From Octopus sinensis (taxonomy: Eukaryota): a DNA stretch of 64,000 bases. The DNA lies in contig NC_043020.1 of NCBI RefSeq assembly GCF_006345805.1, forward strand, positions 620,001-684,000. Direction: 5' to 3'. A program made the position numbers and the translations under genes. Position 1 is the first letter of the stretch. Each line of letters begins with the position of its first letter. Below are positions 1 through 12,397 of the stretch, one piece after another. The notes under the pieces were generated by a model, which worked only from the letters and a program-made list of their open reading frames with translations, was not told where the DNA came from and ran no database searches.

Positions 1-805
1 ATTCTAGCTTGGTTTTATTCTCCGAGAAAGATAAAATGTCCCTAGCTAGACTTCTGTGCTTTGAGGGAGATTAAAATATCTCGTTCTTAGAATCCAGTTG
101 TTATTTCCAAATACACGGAAGGAAAAGGATAAATTACAGAGATGAGACATTCTGTTCAAGGAGAGGCATTGAATAAAGAAAGCAATTCTATGACCTCTCC
201 ATCTGTTCTCTAAACAACAGGGAGCTTATCTCGTATTTTAAATATTAAAATATGAAGCAGGTGGAAAAAATTACTATGAATATATTGTTGTTATGGCAGC
301 TGCTACAAATGTGCAGTATTAATGATGACGTGTGTGGAATTGTGTGTGTGTGTGTGTGTGCATGTGTGTGGGTTTAGTTTCTTTTCTGTTTTATCTTTCT
401 CGAGATGTTTTTGAGTTTGGCAAACAACTACAGCAATGTTTGACTTTTAAGAATAAATTTGGTTTTCAAATGAGTTGCTTTTAACACTTCAAGCTTTTTA
501 TTTCAACCATTTCTTCGTATCAGTGTTCATGAAAGCACACAGGCGAGAAAGAGCGAAAGAGAAGGAGAGCGAGAGAGAGAGAAGGAAAGAGAAGGAGCGA
601 AAGAGAGGAGAAGAAAGTCAATTTGTTATGAAAAAGAAATAAATAAATATAAACATTGTGTACTAAACGTTAATCTAGAACATGGTAGAATTATATTCCA
701 TAATAACTAATGTTTTTGGTTGGTGCATTAAACATTAATCTAGAATTTGGTTTGTGTTCTCTGTACTTTCTTATATGTATTTAGAAGATGAAAGCTCACG
801 ACCCA

Positions 806-945
806 GTGGTTAAAGTGTTGGCATCATAATTCTATGTTTGTGAGTTCAATTCCTAGACCAAGGAGGGTGTTGTGTCTTTGGGCAAAATGCTTCATTTCAC
901 ATTAGTCCAATCTACTCAGGTGAAATATGCACCAGCCAAGTGCCG
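806..945 (+). mobile_element. Diverged tRNA-headed SINE fragment, family H
   Basis: A/B-box-like head (cagtggttaaagtg...gagttcaattcc) followed by gtgtctttgggcaaaatgcttcatttcac, as in the better copy at 43852-44105. Confidence 0.6.
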
Positions 946-1118
946 CTACTATTCCCTGCCCCTCTCTCTCTCTCTCCTCCGGATGTTCTGTTGGGAGGGT
1001 ATATATATCGGCTCTCCTTTACATATACACCTAAAACAATTAGTAAAAGCATAGCATGTTATCAAATCTTACCTATTTGTTATGGCTGTAGTTTTTATCA
1101 TCATCGTGATCCTCTTCG

Positions 1119-1637
1119 AAGCAGCAAGCTGGCTGATTCGTTAGCATGCCAGACAAAATGTTTAGAGGCATTTTGTCCATCTTTATGTTTTGAGTTCAAA
1201 TTCTGCTCAGGTTTAGTTTACCATTCATCTTCTGGGGTCAATAAAATAAGTACCAGTTGAGCACTGGGGTTGATGTAATCAACTTATCCCTCCCGCAAAA
1301 TTATTGACCTTGGGCCAAAATTTGAAACCAATGTCATGAGTGGGCTGAATCGTTAGCCCACTGGGCTAAATGCTTACCAACATTTTGTCCGTCTATCCCC
1401 GAAATTGCTGGCCTTGTGCTAAAATTTGAAGCCATTATTATCATTATTATTGTTATTATTAAGGCATCAAGCTGGCAGAATCGTTAACCTGCCAGGCGAA
1501 ATGCTTAGCAGTATTTTGTCTGCTGCTATGTTCTGAGTTCAAATTCCACTGAGGTCAACTTAGACTTTCATCCTTTGAAGGTCAAAAAATGAAGTACCAG
1601 TTGAACACTGGGGTCATTGTAATCAACACATCCCCTT
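1119..1637 (+). mobile_element. Head-to-tail run of family B SINE copies (1119-1330, partial 1340-1435, 1461-1637)
   Basis: gctggcagaatcgttag...tgagttcaaattc...tttcatcctt...aagtaccagttgaacactggggt repeated; an ATT microsatellite precedes the last copy. Confidence 0.8.
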
Positions 1638-1638
1638 A

Positions 1639-1794
1639 GTAGTGGCTGTGTGGTAAGTAGCTTGCTTACCAATTACATGGTTCCGGGTTCAGTCCCACTG
1701 CGTGGTACCTTGCGCAAGTGTCTTCTACTATAGCCTCAGGCCGACCAAAGCCTTGTGAGTGGATTTGGTAGACGGAAAGTAAAAGACGCCCGTC

Positions 1795-1831
<37 letters not shown>

Positions 1832-2046
1832 TGTGTGTGTGTATGTTTGTGTGTCTGTGTTTGTCCTCCCAACATCACTTGACAACCGATGCTGGTGTGC
1901 TTTCATCGCCATAACTTAGCGGTTTGGCAAAAGAGACCGATAGAATAAGTACTAGGCTTACAAAGAATATCTCCTGGGGTCGATTTGCTCGACTAAAGGC
2001 GGTGCACCAGCATGGCCGCAGTCAAATGACTGATACAAGTAAAAGA
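1639..2046 (+). mobile_element. Family A SINE, near full length
   Basis: tRNA-like head (A-box tggctgtgtgg, B-box ggttcagtccc), CORE-like ccttg(g/c)gcaagtgtctt, internal (TA)n/(TG)n tract, 3' end caagtaaaaga; more than 10 homologous copies in the window. Confidence 0.9.
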
Positions 2047-2477
2047 TTAATAATTGGTATTTTACGAACCTGTCTTCTGTTCTGTAACTCTGTATAGAGT
2101 TCACCGTATATCATTATAATATGAACCAACGTTTGTAAGAGTCACAGTGACACTCGTCAAATTGATTATATCAACTGTTTTTAATTGATTGGACTTAGGT
2201 TTTTTTTTTTACAGGCCTTTTTATAAAACAATAAATCAATCAATGTCTGTCTGTCTCCCCTCCGCTTCTTTCTCTCTCTTGCTCTGCCTTTCTCTCTCTT
2301 GAGGACTTGACAGATCATTTAATTGACAATGTACTCTCCATCAAACTAATTAGATCAGAGAGAAACGGAGAAAGGCAAAATATATTAATTGGAACAGAAC
2401 TCTTGTAATGTGAACTAGATTTTAAGTAGTGGTTAAGACTTTCTTTATTGTTTCTCTGTTTTATATATGTGGCTATG

Positions 2478-2490
2478 TTTGTGTGTGGAC

Positions 2491-2521
<31 letters not shown>

Positions 2522-2569
2522 GACGTGTGTGTTTGTATATATGTGCATTTGTATATACGTGCATGTGTG

Positions 2570-2611
<42 letters not shown>

Positions 2612-2830
2612 CACATATGTATTAATATATGTGTATATATATATATATATTGTGAGTGTGTATATATAAATACATGTACATTTTTATGTATGTGTGTGTA
2701 TATATATAGATGTATATATATGTATGTGCTTACATATTTATATTTATGCAAATGTACATAGATATACACACGCACACACACACACACACACACACGTGTG
2801 TGTGAATGTATATGTGTGTTTGTACGTGTA
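2478..2830. repeat. Compound (TG)n/(TA)n/(CA)n microsatellite
   Basis: Seen directly; source of several low-complexity ORFs. Confidence 0.95.
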
Positions 2831-3019
2831 TTTTGTGCTTCATTGATAATTAGTACAATTCTCTGTAAGTGACAGCAAAACAATAACAACAACATAGGCA
2901 GATATCAATTAAGACCATATATATAGCACAACAGACACACACACACATATATGTATATATTATATCTTTCACCTTTTTCTCCTATCTTCTTCTGGTTTCA
3001 GCCAGTTTGTTTGGGTCTC

Positions 3020-3260
3020 TTTTCTGTATCATTTTGATGAAGAAGTGAGCTGGACGAAGCCACTCTGTCACAATGTGGGTTCATCTGCGATTTCTGATAG
3101 GAATTTTTCCAGATGCTTTTTGAAGGTCTCCTCATCTACACTTTACAATTCTCTGAGGTTGTTTGGCAGGATATTAAACAGTTGAGGTCCCCCTGAAACC
3201 CAAACTGTTGCAGTACTGGGTCCTTATTCGAGATGGGTAAGAAGGGATCTTTGGTATTAT
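3020..3260 (-). pseudogene. Decayed 3' coding end of a CR1-like (CR1/L2/Jockey group) LINE ORF2
   Basis: Minus-strand translation with one frameshift and stops: PKIPSYPSRIRTQYCNSLGFRG/PQLFNILPNNLREL*SVDEETFKKHLEKFLSEIADEP, resembling the post-RT C-terminal motif (GPxLFNxLP...FKxxLDxFL...PDEP); family call from recall. Confidence 0.7.
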
Positions 3261-3612
3261 GCAGTTCATATATATATATATATATATATATGAAGTATAA
3301 GAAAAGCATAAAATAGTAGGTGTAGATGATCTTTAATTCATAATCCAAGTTGGTACAGATCCAGTATGAATTCTACAAATTGTTTGGATTATGAATTAAA
3401 GATTGCCTATGCTTACAATTTTTTTCTTTCTTTATACCGCATTTATTGTTTTTGTGAATTCTGAATATATATTTTTTTATATATATCTTCTTTACTTGGA
3501 CTCCACTGGCAGACTTGGATGTTTGACAGGCCTTTGAAGGTCCTCGCCCATTCAACATGTCTTATATTTGTGGTAACCCCTTTTATCATTGCCGAGGTTG
3601 GAACCTGGCCAT

Positions 3613-3990
3613 ATAGCATGCCAGGTGGAATGCTTAGCGGTATTTCGTCTGTCGTTACGTTCTGAGTTCAAATTCCACCGAGGTCGACTTTGCCTTTCAT
3701 CCTTTTGGGGTCGATTAGATAAGTACCAGTTACGCACTGGGGTCGATATAATCGGCTTAATCCATTCGTCTGTCCTTGTTTGTCCCCTCTGTGTTTAGCC
3801 CCTTGTGGGTAGTAAAGAAATAGGTATTTTGTCTGTCATTACATTCTGAGTTCTAATTCTGCCGAAGTCAATTTTGACTTTCATCCTTTCAGGGTCGATA
3901 AATTAAGTACCAGTTGCATACTGGGGTTGATCTAATCGACTGGCCCCCTTCCCCAAAATTTCAGGCCTTGTGCCTAGAGTAGAAAAGAAT
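3613..3990 (+). mobile_element. Family B SINE with tandem body duplication (junction at 3823)
   Basis: The first unit ends ...agtaaagaaata and restarts directly with ggtattttgtctg. Confidence 0.85.
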
Positions 3991-4214
3991 AATGGTAATT
4001 TCTTTTTCAACCAAAGATAAGGCTTTAGATATATCTGACCCTGAATATACATTTGCTGTCCATTGAGCTCAATCAAGGCTGACCTGGTGTAGTAATGGTA
4101 AATGTTTTTTGCCTGGTGCATTGAAAATTTAATTTCTCCTATCATCCTCTTATTGGAGTGTCACTTCAATGTATTTTAGGTTTTCAATTAAACCTTATAA
4201 TTAAAATGCTATTC

Positions 4215-4443
4215 AATCCTTTTGTTATCAACCAGTGCTGTACCACTGGTTCTGTATTCAAAACCTTCCGGTTTTAAAGTGCTTTAAATTGAAGCTTTCC
4301 ATCAAAATATCATGTTAAATTGTGTGTTAAGCATTAACTTAATAATGACAAACTTATTTTACTAAATTCTTTATCAATTTCAAAATTAATTGAAACAAAA
4401 GCTGTGTTTCCAACAGAAATAGAGAAACAAAAAAAAGGTTTAA
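4215..4443. mobile_element. Diverged copy of the TTAA-flanked MITE family seen at 37038-37257
   Basis: Shared internal sequence (ttattttactaaattctt...aattaattgaaacaaaag) and degenerate ends (atccttttgttatc ... aaaggtttaa). Confidence 0.5.
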
Positions 4444-4770
4444 ATATGTGTATTTTTATTGCAATTTAATGTTTCTAATTAAGCAGACTACAGGTGAGTT
4501 GCTAATTCGTTAATTTGTGTCTGTGAATTTATGAGTTGAAATATAAAGTGCCATTTCATTAGATTTTTGTGAGGCTGATAAATTAAACTTTTATTATTCT
4601 TCATCAAATTTAATGAACTTTTTCATAATTCTTGCAGTTTTTTTATTATTTTTTAATTAAAAAAATTTTTTTTGCCCTTATTACATGTCACCTAACATTC
4701 CACATTGCTGATATGTGTGCAGTAGGTTTGGCATCGCTGACATTGCAGCTAAACAATAACAAAAACAACA

Positions 4771-5015
4771 GCTGAACTGCTAAGTTATGAGGATGTAAAC
4801 ACACCAACACCAGTTGTTAAGCAGTGATGGGGGAAAACATGGACACACATAGATACATACATACATACTCGCACATATATATATAACAGGCTTCTTTCAG
4901 TTTCCGTCTACCAAATCCACTCACAAGGCTTTGGTTGGCCCAAGGCTATAGTAGGAGGCACTTGCCCAAGATGCTATGCAGAGGGACTGAACCTGGAACC
5001 ATGTGGTTGGGAAGC
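4771..5015 (-). mobile_element. Family A SINE, partial
   Basis: Reverse complement of the family A head and body; shares variants with the copy at 5736-6143. Confidence 0.85.
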
Positions 5016-5255
5016 TGCCTCTCAAGCATGTGGAGGAAAAATCCCCCCCTTGTATAAGATTTCAGTTGTTTCTTCTCATGGATAGAATTGAACTCAACAC
5101 TACAAGTTGTCATTTTACAGTGCAGCTAATGATTCCAGTGCTGAATTATACAACCCTGTTGCCCCTACTTTAAGCCAGTTAGACACATATCCGTTGAGAG
5201 TTAAGGGTATTGAGTCAGACATATAACAGTTTTATTGATGGTATACAAACTACAA

Positions 5256-5487
5256 TAAGGCGGTGGGCTGGCAGAAACGTTAGCACGCCGGGCGAAATGC
5301 GTAGCCGTATTTCATGTCGTTACGTTGTGAGTTCAAATTCCACCGAGGTCGACTTTGCCTTTCATCCTTTCGGGGTCGATAAATTAAGTACCAGTTACCC
5401 TCTGGGGTCGATGTAATCGACTTAATCAGTTTGTCTGTCCTTGTTTGTCCCCTCTATGTTTAGCCTCTTGTGGGTAATAAAGAAATA
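5256..5487 (+). mobile_element. Family B SINE, full length, with perfect 16-bp TSD
   Basis: GGTATACAAACTACAA at 5240-5255 and 5488-5503; tRNA-like head ggcggtgggctggcagaaacgttag...gagttcaaattcc. Confidence 0.93.
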
Positions 5488-5735
5488 GGTATACAAACTA
5501 CAAAGCTACTCTGGATTTCCATTAAATACCTCATTAACACAGGTGTCTCACACTCTCCTTGGTTGTACAGAAGGTATTTGGGGTGTAAAAGATGTTCAAA
5601 CAATTTGTTAGTTCATGATTAATGTAAGCATGGGTTGCTGTAGTGAATTGTAAAAAGACTCCAGATCAAGTTTGTTAGGCACTTAAACACATCATGGGAC
5701 CTGTTGAATTGAGTAAACAATAATGATAACCAATA

Positions 5736-6143
5736 CAGGAGTGGCTGTGTGGTATGAAGCTTGCTTCCCAACCACATGGTTCCAGGTTCAGTCCCTCTGC
5801 ATAGCATCTTGGGCAAGTGCCTCCTACTATAGCCTTGGGCCAACCTAAGCCTTGTGAGTGGATTTGGTAGACAAAAACTGAAAGAAGCCTGTTATATATA
5901 TATATGTGTGTGTGTATGTATGTATGTACCTATGTGTGTCTATGTTTTCCCCCCATCACTGCTTAACAACTGATGTTGTTGTGTTTACGTCCTCATAACT
6001 TAGCAGTTTAGCAAAAGGGACCGATAGAATAAGTACCAGGCTTAAAAATAAGTACTGGGGCTGATTCATTTGACTAAAAAAAAATTCAAGGTGGTGCTCC
6101 AGCATGACCACAGTCAAATGACCAAAACAAATAAAAGAATAAA
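5736..6143 (+). mobile_element. Family A SINE (variant subfamily), full length
   Basis: caggagtggctgtgtgg head through aaaagaataaaa tail. Confidence 0.88.
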
Positions 6144-6221
6144 AATGAATATGAGAAAACCACCCATCCCAGTACATGACTGGTACTTGATGATGATACT
6201 AATAATAACAACAACAACAAC

Positions 6222-6655
6222 AATGCTTTCCGCTATAGACACTAGGCCTGAAATTTTGAGGGAGGGGGCTAGTCCATTGCATTGATCTCAGAGTTCAACT
6301 GAGGCTTATTTTATCAATCCCCAAAAAGAATGAAAAGTAAAGTCAGCCTTGATGGAATTTGAACTCAGTTTTTGATAATGGACAAAATACTTGACAGTAT
6401 TTTATTCAGTATACTAACAGTTCTGTCAGTTCACCATCTTGAATAATGGTTTCTGATTTTGGCACAAACCCGGCAATTTTGAAGGGAGATAGTAAATACT
6501 TCACTTGTCCTTATTCATTTTATCGACTCTGGAAAAAAAAAATGAAAGGAAAGTTGACCTCAGCAGGTTCTGAGCTCAGAATGTAAAGAGCCTGAAGAAA
6601 TTCCACTTCGCATTTTATCTGATGCGCTAATGATTCTGCCAGATTGCCGCCTTAA
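6222..6655 (-). mobile_element. Two or more diverged family B SINE copies
   Basis: gaaaagtaaagtcagcc...gaatttgaactcag and gaaagttgacctcagc...ctcagaatgtaaag...gattctgccag...ccgcctt. Confidence 0.7.
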
Positions 6656-7332
6656 TAATAATAATAATGTTTTGTTCATTGTTGTGTTAGAGTGATTATA
6701 TCTAATTAGATTGATTCCATACATTGCAAGTAATATTTTATTGAACCTGAAGGTAGAGTTAATCTCTGGTGAGATGAAGACCCTGATGGAATCTTGAAAC
6801 AGAACTGTAAGGTACCTCTGTGTGTGTGTGTGTGTGTGTGTGTATGTGACAGCATTTAGTGTAGCTTTCTTCTTTAATTGTCAATTAATTAATTAATTAA
6901 TCAAGAGTGGAAAAATAAATACATTCAAAGGTTCATGCAGGAAGGTATGAATTTTTAATTAACTTTTGTTTATTTTTTGGCTTCTGGTGTGTTATTTTAA
7001 TGAAATACTTTCCATGCTCTGTCAATAATGTCATATGTTTTTTCCTTGTACTGGGGAGGGGGGGTTGTGACAACAAATATATTTTCCAGAAATATGTATA
7101 CCAGCTGCTCCTTTGCTTTCATCCATCTAACTACAGACTAGCTATTTTTCCCCCTGTAATGGTCATACTTAAAAATCTATTAACATAGCTGTCAGTGTGT
7201 CTTCATATCTCACTTTGTTTGACCATCCACCAAAGAGAGCTAATACTGGTCTTAATGGGATTTATCTCCCTTGATTACCAATATGCATGCCTGTGTATAT
7301 GTATGTATGTGTGTGTTTCTATCTATGTATGT

Positions 7333-7880
7333 GTCAGGTCACTTTCGAGTGCTACTGGTAACATGTAACCCAGTATAACCTGATGCATGGTCGGGTCATT
7401 GGCGACTAAACTAGCAACCCTACCAAGCTTGCTTGGTGAGGAGGGTGTTTATTGGACACCCTGCGGGATGAAAAACAAAACCCGTCAAAGAGCGGAGGAA
7501 CTCTTGAGAGTCAACGGCCATCCAATAAATGTCTTAAGGCTGTATCATGCGCGGGGACATAGAAATAATCAGACTGAATACCCGATCGCGTGGTTAAACC
7601 ATTGGGAGTGAAGGACTCCTAGCCTTTGTTAGGGCATCCTTCTAGGCGAAGGTAACTCAGGTAACTGGGATAACTCCGACATAAAACCTGCGGCTCAGTG
7701 GTAACCGATGATGTTGACTTGTTCTTCTTTTCGGATTATGGCTGCTGTTGCTTAGTGAGTGGGATTGACTCAGTGCACAGCCTTTCCTCACTTTAAAAAA
7801 ATCTTCTTGCACAGGCATTGCACGATAACAACATTGATTAAGCTTCATGCAATGGCCATACTTGATAACGATAATCAATG
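7333..7880 (+). mobile_element. GC-richer island resembling an RTE-clade LINE 5' UTR
   Basis: agggcatccttctaggcgaaggtaactc...ataaaacc resembles RTE 5'-UTR motifs I recall (gggcaacc..tctaggagaaggaaaactc); local hairpins (ccaagc-tt-gcttgg; agggtgt-N7-acaccct); no ORF follows. Confidence 0.5.
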
Positions 7881-9369
7881 TGGAAATGAATGTGCAAAGT
7901 GTGTGACAAAATTTCTGTATTGGTTGCAGTTCTTATTAGTATTAACATGAAACTTCCTCTGTAATGTGAGCTGGTAGTATAGGCTTATTACAGAATATGA
8001 AATACACATTTGTTATGAGATGTGAAATGAAGGAAATACAAAATTCATGCTTCATGTTCTCATTAAAAACATATGTATGTATATATACACACACATGCGC
8101 ACGCACACACACATGCGCGCGCACACTAAATAGTGTGTTACTTGTTAAATGTGAGGAATATTGGTACATACTATTGCCATCACTGTTAGAAATATCAAGT
8201 AGTGATTACATCTGAAATTAATTGATAGCTAAACAGTATTATTGTTATTGATAATGTATTTATTTCAGATGCGTAACTTAGAAATTTGTTTTACTTTATT
8301 TTAATCTAATAAGTATTCTTCATTTTAGAAATTTGTATTCATTTCATTATCTTTTTTAATAAGCACCTCAAAGTTTGAATAAAGTAAAATCATAATTATT
8401 GTATCAATGTAATATTATCTGATATTCGATATTATTACTATAGCGGCAACAGGATATAAAAGAAATGGACTAATATCTATTATAGAACATCATGTAACAG
8501 GTAACATTTAAATAAACCAACATATTACTATTTAATTTAAAGACTTTTCAGTCTTTCAACTTCAAATGTATATGTCTCTATCATCATGTGGCACCATATT
8601 GTAGGAAGCTTTTCTTCTCTGCTACACACTCCACATGAAATTATATTAAACCATTTCCTGTTGCGAATCAGCAATGCCATATTGTTTGGCTGTTAGCTGA
8701 AGCTTGAGTACAATTCCCTGTTGAATTGAATAAAAGAACTGGAAGAAAAGAATGACTTCTGCACAAGATGATAGCATAGAGTCGGCATACCTTGTAAACC
8801 TGTAAACTCAGTCGAAGATAAAAGACAAAAAAAAGATACTGCAAAGATGCAGACTCAATTGGTGCAATTCTCAATTGCAATGTCTGGCCCCCTTTGTCAT
8901 TGATTTTATGCTTAACATCATTTTAAAATAAAGTAGATTAGTGGTTTTATTTTTCACAACGAATGGAAATGCTAAGAATGGAAATTTCGGTAACACTTTT
9001 TAGAGTTTTGAGTTTTATATTTATATTACATTTATTTAATTGTTAACCTTCTTCAGAATACACATAAAATACTTGTGAAAGTGTTAATCTCAAGATTGAT
9101 TTTGTTACCCATTACCGTTATATGGCGCTAAGTATCTCTTTCCTTCTCTCTCTCTCTCTTCCTCTCTCTCCCTTTCTCTCTCTTTCTCTCTCACTTTTCT
9201 ATAGTCTTCCTATTATTTATTCTTAAGATAGTTTTTTTTTTTTGGCTTTTTCAACATTAAACTTTTATAATTTTTTTTTCTTTTTAAGTAATATCAAGTT
9301 TGAAATCTGTTAGATTTATTTTTCCATAATTATTTTCAATGGCTACTTCTTTTTTTTTTAGTGTCATCT

Positions 9370-9418
<49 letters not shown>

Positions 9419-10301
9419 TGCATGCACATACACTCTCACGCACTTTATACTATTCATGTTTTCTTACACTGTTATTTCCATTTTTTTTTATTGTTAAATA
9501 TTTCTTTTTCTTTTCTTTTCCTTCTTCTTTCACCTATTATTTCCTCCTTTTGATTCTAATCTTTAGAAATCTGCTATTGTTAATGGTAAGAAAGGAAGGT
9601 CGTCTGTCTGCATAAATGCTAAATTCATCTTTATAATTAACTGTTCAGTTAAATGTTGTTGCATTTCTTCAAACAACCTCACAGAATCTCACTTTATCAT
9701 AGAGCAAAAATATCTTTGGACTCTCTCAGAATATTTCACTCAGAACTTAGCACAAAGAACTTTGGTGCAAACAGTGAGAATTATTAAATGGTTCTGTACT
9801 TTGCATGCAATGTAATTTTCTGTTTTTCCTTATTTTCTTTCTTTTTTATTTTTTTCTGATTAATATCTACACTCCAATTTCAATTACCTGTTGAAGAAAC
9901 AGTTTTATTATCTCGCTAACTTCTATAGGAAAAAACATAAATGAAACAGCCTCCCATCTCTCTATTTCCAAAATACTTAAGATACTTAAGAGTATGGTTT
10001 ATTGTAAATATATCTTGTACAAATCTACTGATCTAAATATATGTGCACGTTATAAACTTAGGAGACAAAATGAGTTCAAAAGATGATTATTGGAGATATT
10101 CTTCTTCTTTACACCTATAGAGCATCAGTCATCAAATACTTTCTCCCACTGTTTTTAACCCTGGGCTGCTCTCCTCCCAGTCTTGTTGGTTTTGATTTGT
10201 CATTGATCTTCTGTAATTTTTTTTTTTTTCTGGGTAGTGGTATTGACCCCACACAAATCCATTTTTGCATCCAGGAAGAAGTGGTTCATATTGGTGTAAC
10301 C

Positions 10302-10775
10302 CAGTGATTCTCATCCAGGGTCCACATAAGATTTCACTGTTAAAATTTACGTGCAATGAATTGGTTATACTTTTACAATGCACAAAATATTTTAACAACG
10401 GAAACTGAAAGAAGCCCGTCATATATATATATATGTGTGTGTGTGTTTGTCCCTCCAACATCGCTTGACAACCGATGCTGGTGTGTTTACGTCCCCGTCA
10501 CTTCGCGGTTCAGCATGAGAGACCGATAGAATAAGTACTAGGCTTATAAAGAATAAGTCCTGGGGTCGATTTGCTCGACTAAAGGCGGTGCTCCAGCATG
10601 GACGCAGTCAAATGACTGAAACAAATTAAAAGAATAAAAGAATAATTATTTAATACAATTCTTTATGGCATTTCATTATAAAAATATAATAGGATTTTTT
10701 AAAGCATTATCAAATGGCTTGGCATAAAGCGGGTATCAAAGGGGTCCATGGGCAAAAAATGGTTGAGAAACACTG
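10302..10775. mobile_element. hAT (Charlie-like) MITE interrupted by a family A SINE fragment
   Basis: TIRs CAGTGATTCTCATCC and reverse-complement CAGTGTTTCTCAACC (13/15); flanking 8-mers gtgtaacc / gtctgacc (6/8), consistent with an aged 8-bp hAT TSD. Confidence 0.75.
10398..10642 (+). mobile_element. Family A SINE, 5'-truncated, nested in hAT MITE
   Basis: acggaaactgaaagaagcccgtc through aaaagaataaaagaata tail. Confidence 0.9.
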
Positions 10776-11037
10776 GTCTGACCTCTGTCCTTTGGCCTGT
10801 CCAACATGGGAAGCTCTTTTGTTAATTTGCATTCTGCTTGGCATAAATCTCAGGATCATTGAGGTGCACAAGCCACTGCAAGAAGGGCAAGTCCTTGTGG
10901 TGGATTGGAGATGCAGGATAGTCTAGACATGAGACACAATACTGTTAAAGTCACATGATTTCTTCATATATACTAAGTTTACTATTTCTTTTCTCTGATG
11001 GTCAGAAAATGGAACAGATGAAAAGATATTTCACTTT

Positions 11038-11500
11038 CAGGAGTGGCTGTGTGGTAAGTAGCTTGCTTATCAGCCACATGGTTCCGGGTTCATTCCCACT
11101 GCATGGCACCTTGGGCAAGTATCTTCTACTATAGTCTCAGGCCGACCAAAGCCTTGTGAGTGGATTTGGTAGACGGAAACTGGAAGAAGCCCATCGTATA
11201 TATGTCAGTTTTACCTTTCATCCTTTTGGGGGTCGATAAAATAACTACCAGTTGAACACTGGGGTCAATTTAATTGACTTAGCCCCTTCCCAAAAACTGC
11301 TGGCCTTGTGCCAGAATTTTATATCATTATTATTATTACTGCTATTGTTGGCTCTATGTTCTGAGTTCAAACTCAGCTGAAGTTGGCTTTGTCTTCCATC
11401 CTTTGGGAGTCGATGAAATAAATACCAGCTGTACACTGGGGTTGATGTGATTGATTGATTCTCAACTCCTAAAATTGCTGCTTTGCTCCAAAATTTGAAA
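11038..11500 (+). mobile_element. Family A 5' half (11038-11203) fused to family B fragments (11205-11500)
   Basis: caggagtggctgtgtgg...gaagcccatcgtatatat, then ttttacctttcatcctttt...actaccagttgaacactgggg. Confidence 0.8.
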
Positions 11501-11644
11501 TTATTATTAATACCATTATAAATTGTTCTTTTTTAAGTATTTTTAATATGTAGTAGTATAAAATTTGTTTAACAGTTTACTAACAGCAGATTAGTTAATT
11601 CAAGGAAATGATTTTATATGAAAATAATTCAGAGTAGGATGACA

Positions 11645-11680
<36 letters not shown>

Positions 11681-12045
11681 TGGTGAGTTGTGGAGAATTC
11701 ACATCTAGATTTGCAGAAAAGCCGGTTCTGTTGAAGAATAAACAACATGTAGAAAACATGGTTAAGTTTGTTATGTAGTTGACACTTAACATATGTCAGC
11801 AAGTGAAAACAGATGTAAAACTAATGGTTGTGTTGTTGGTAACAGAACTGATATAAACGAAATGAAATTTTTAAAGAAGAATAAAACATACGGAACAAAA
11901 TAAACCCAAAGTACATTGTTTTATAAATTAATTGGTGACTAAGTAATAAGTCAGATGGACAAAGTTAAATGATAAAATGGAAAAAATTTCTAATAGTTTA
12001 AAAATGGTTAAAATGTACTAACACTCGAAGAAAGATTAAGAATAA

Positions 12046-12270
12046 TACTCTTTTACTTGTTTCAGTCATTTGACTGTGGTCATGCTGGAGCACCGCCTTT
12101 AGTTGAGCAAATCGATCCCAGGGCTTAGTCTTTGTAACCCTAGCACTTATTCTATCAGTCTCTTTTGCTGAACCGCTAGGTTAAGGGGACATAAACGCAC
12201 CACCATCGGTTGTCAAGTGATGTTAGGGAGACAAACACAGACACACAAACATATACACATACGTACATAC

Positions 12271-12337
<67 letters not shown>

Positions 12338-12397
12338 GCTTCTTTCAGTTTCTGTCTACCAAATCCACTCACAAGACTTTGGTCGGCCCGAGGCTAT
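12046..12397 (-). mobile_element. Family A SINE, 5'-truncated
   Basis: tactcttttacttgtttcagtc tail through ggcccgaggctat; long internal (TA)n. Confidence 0.9.
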
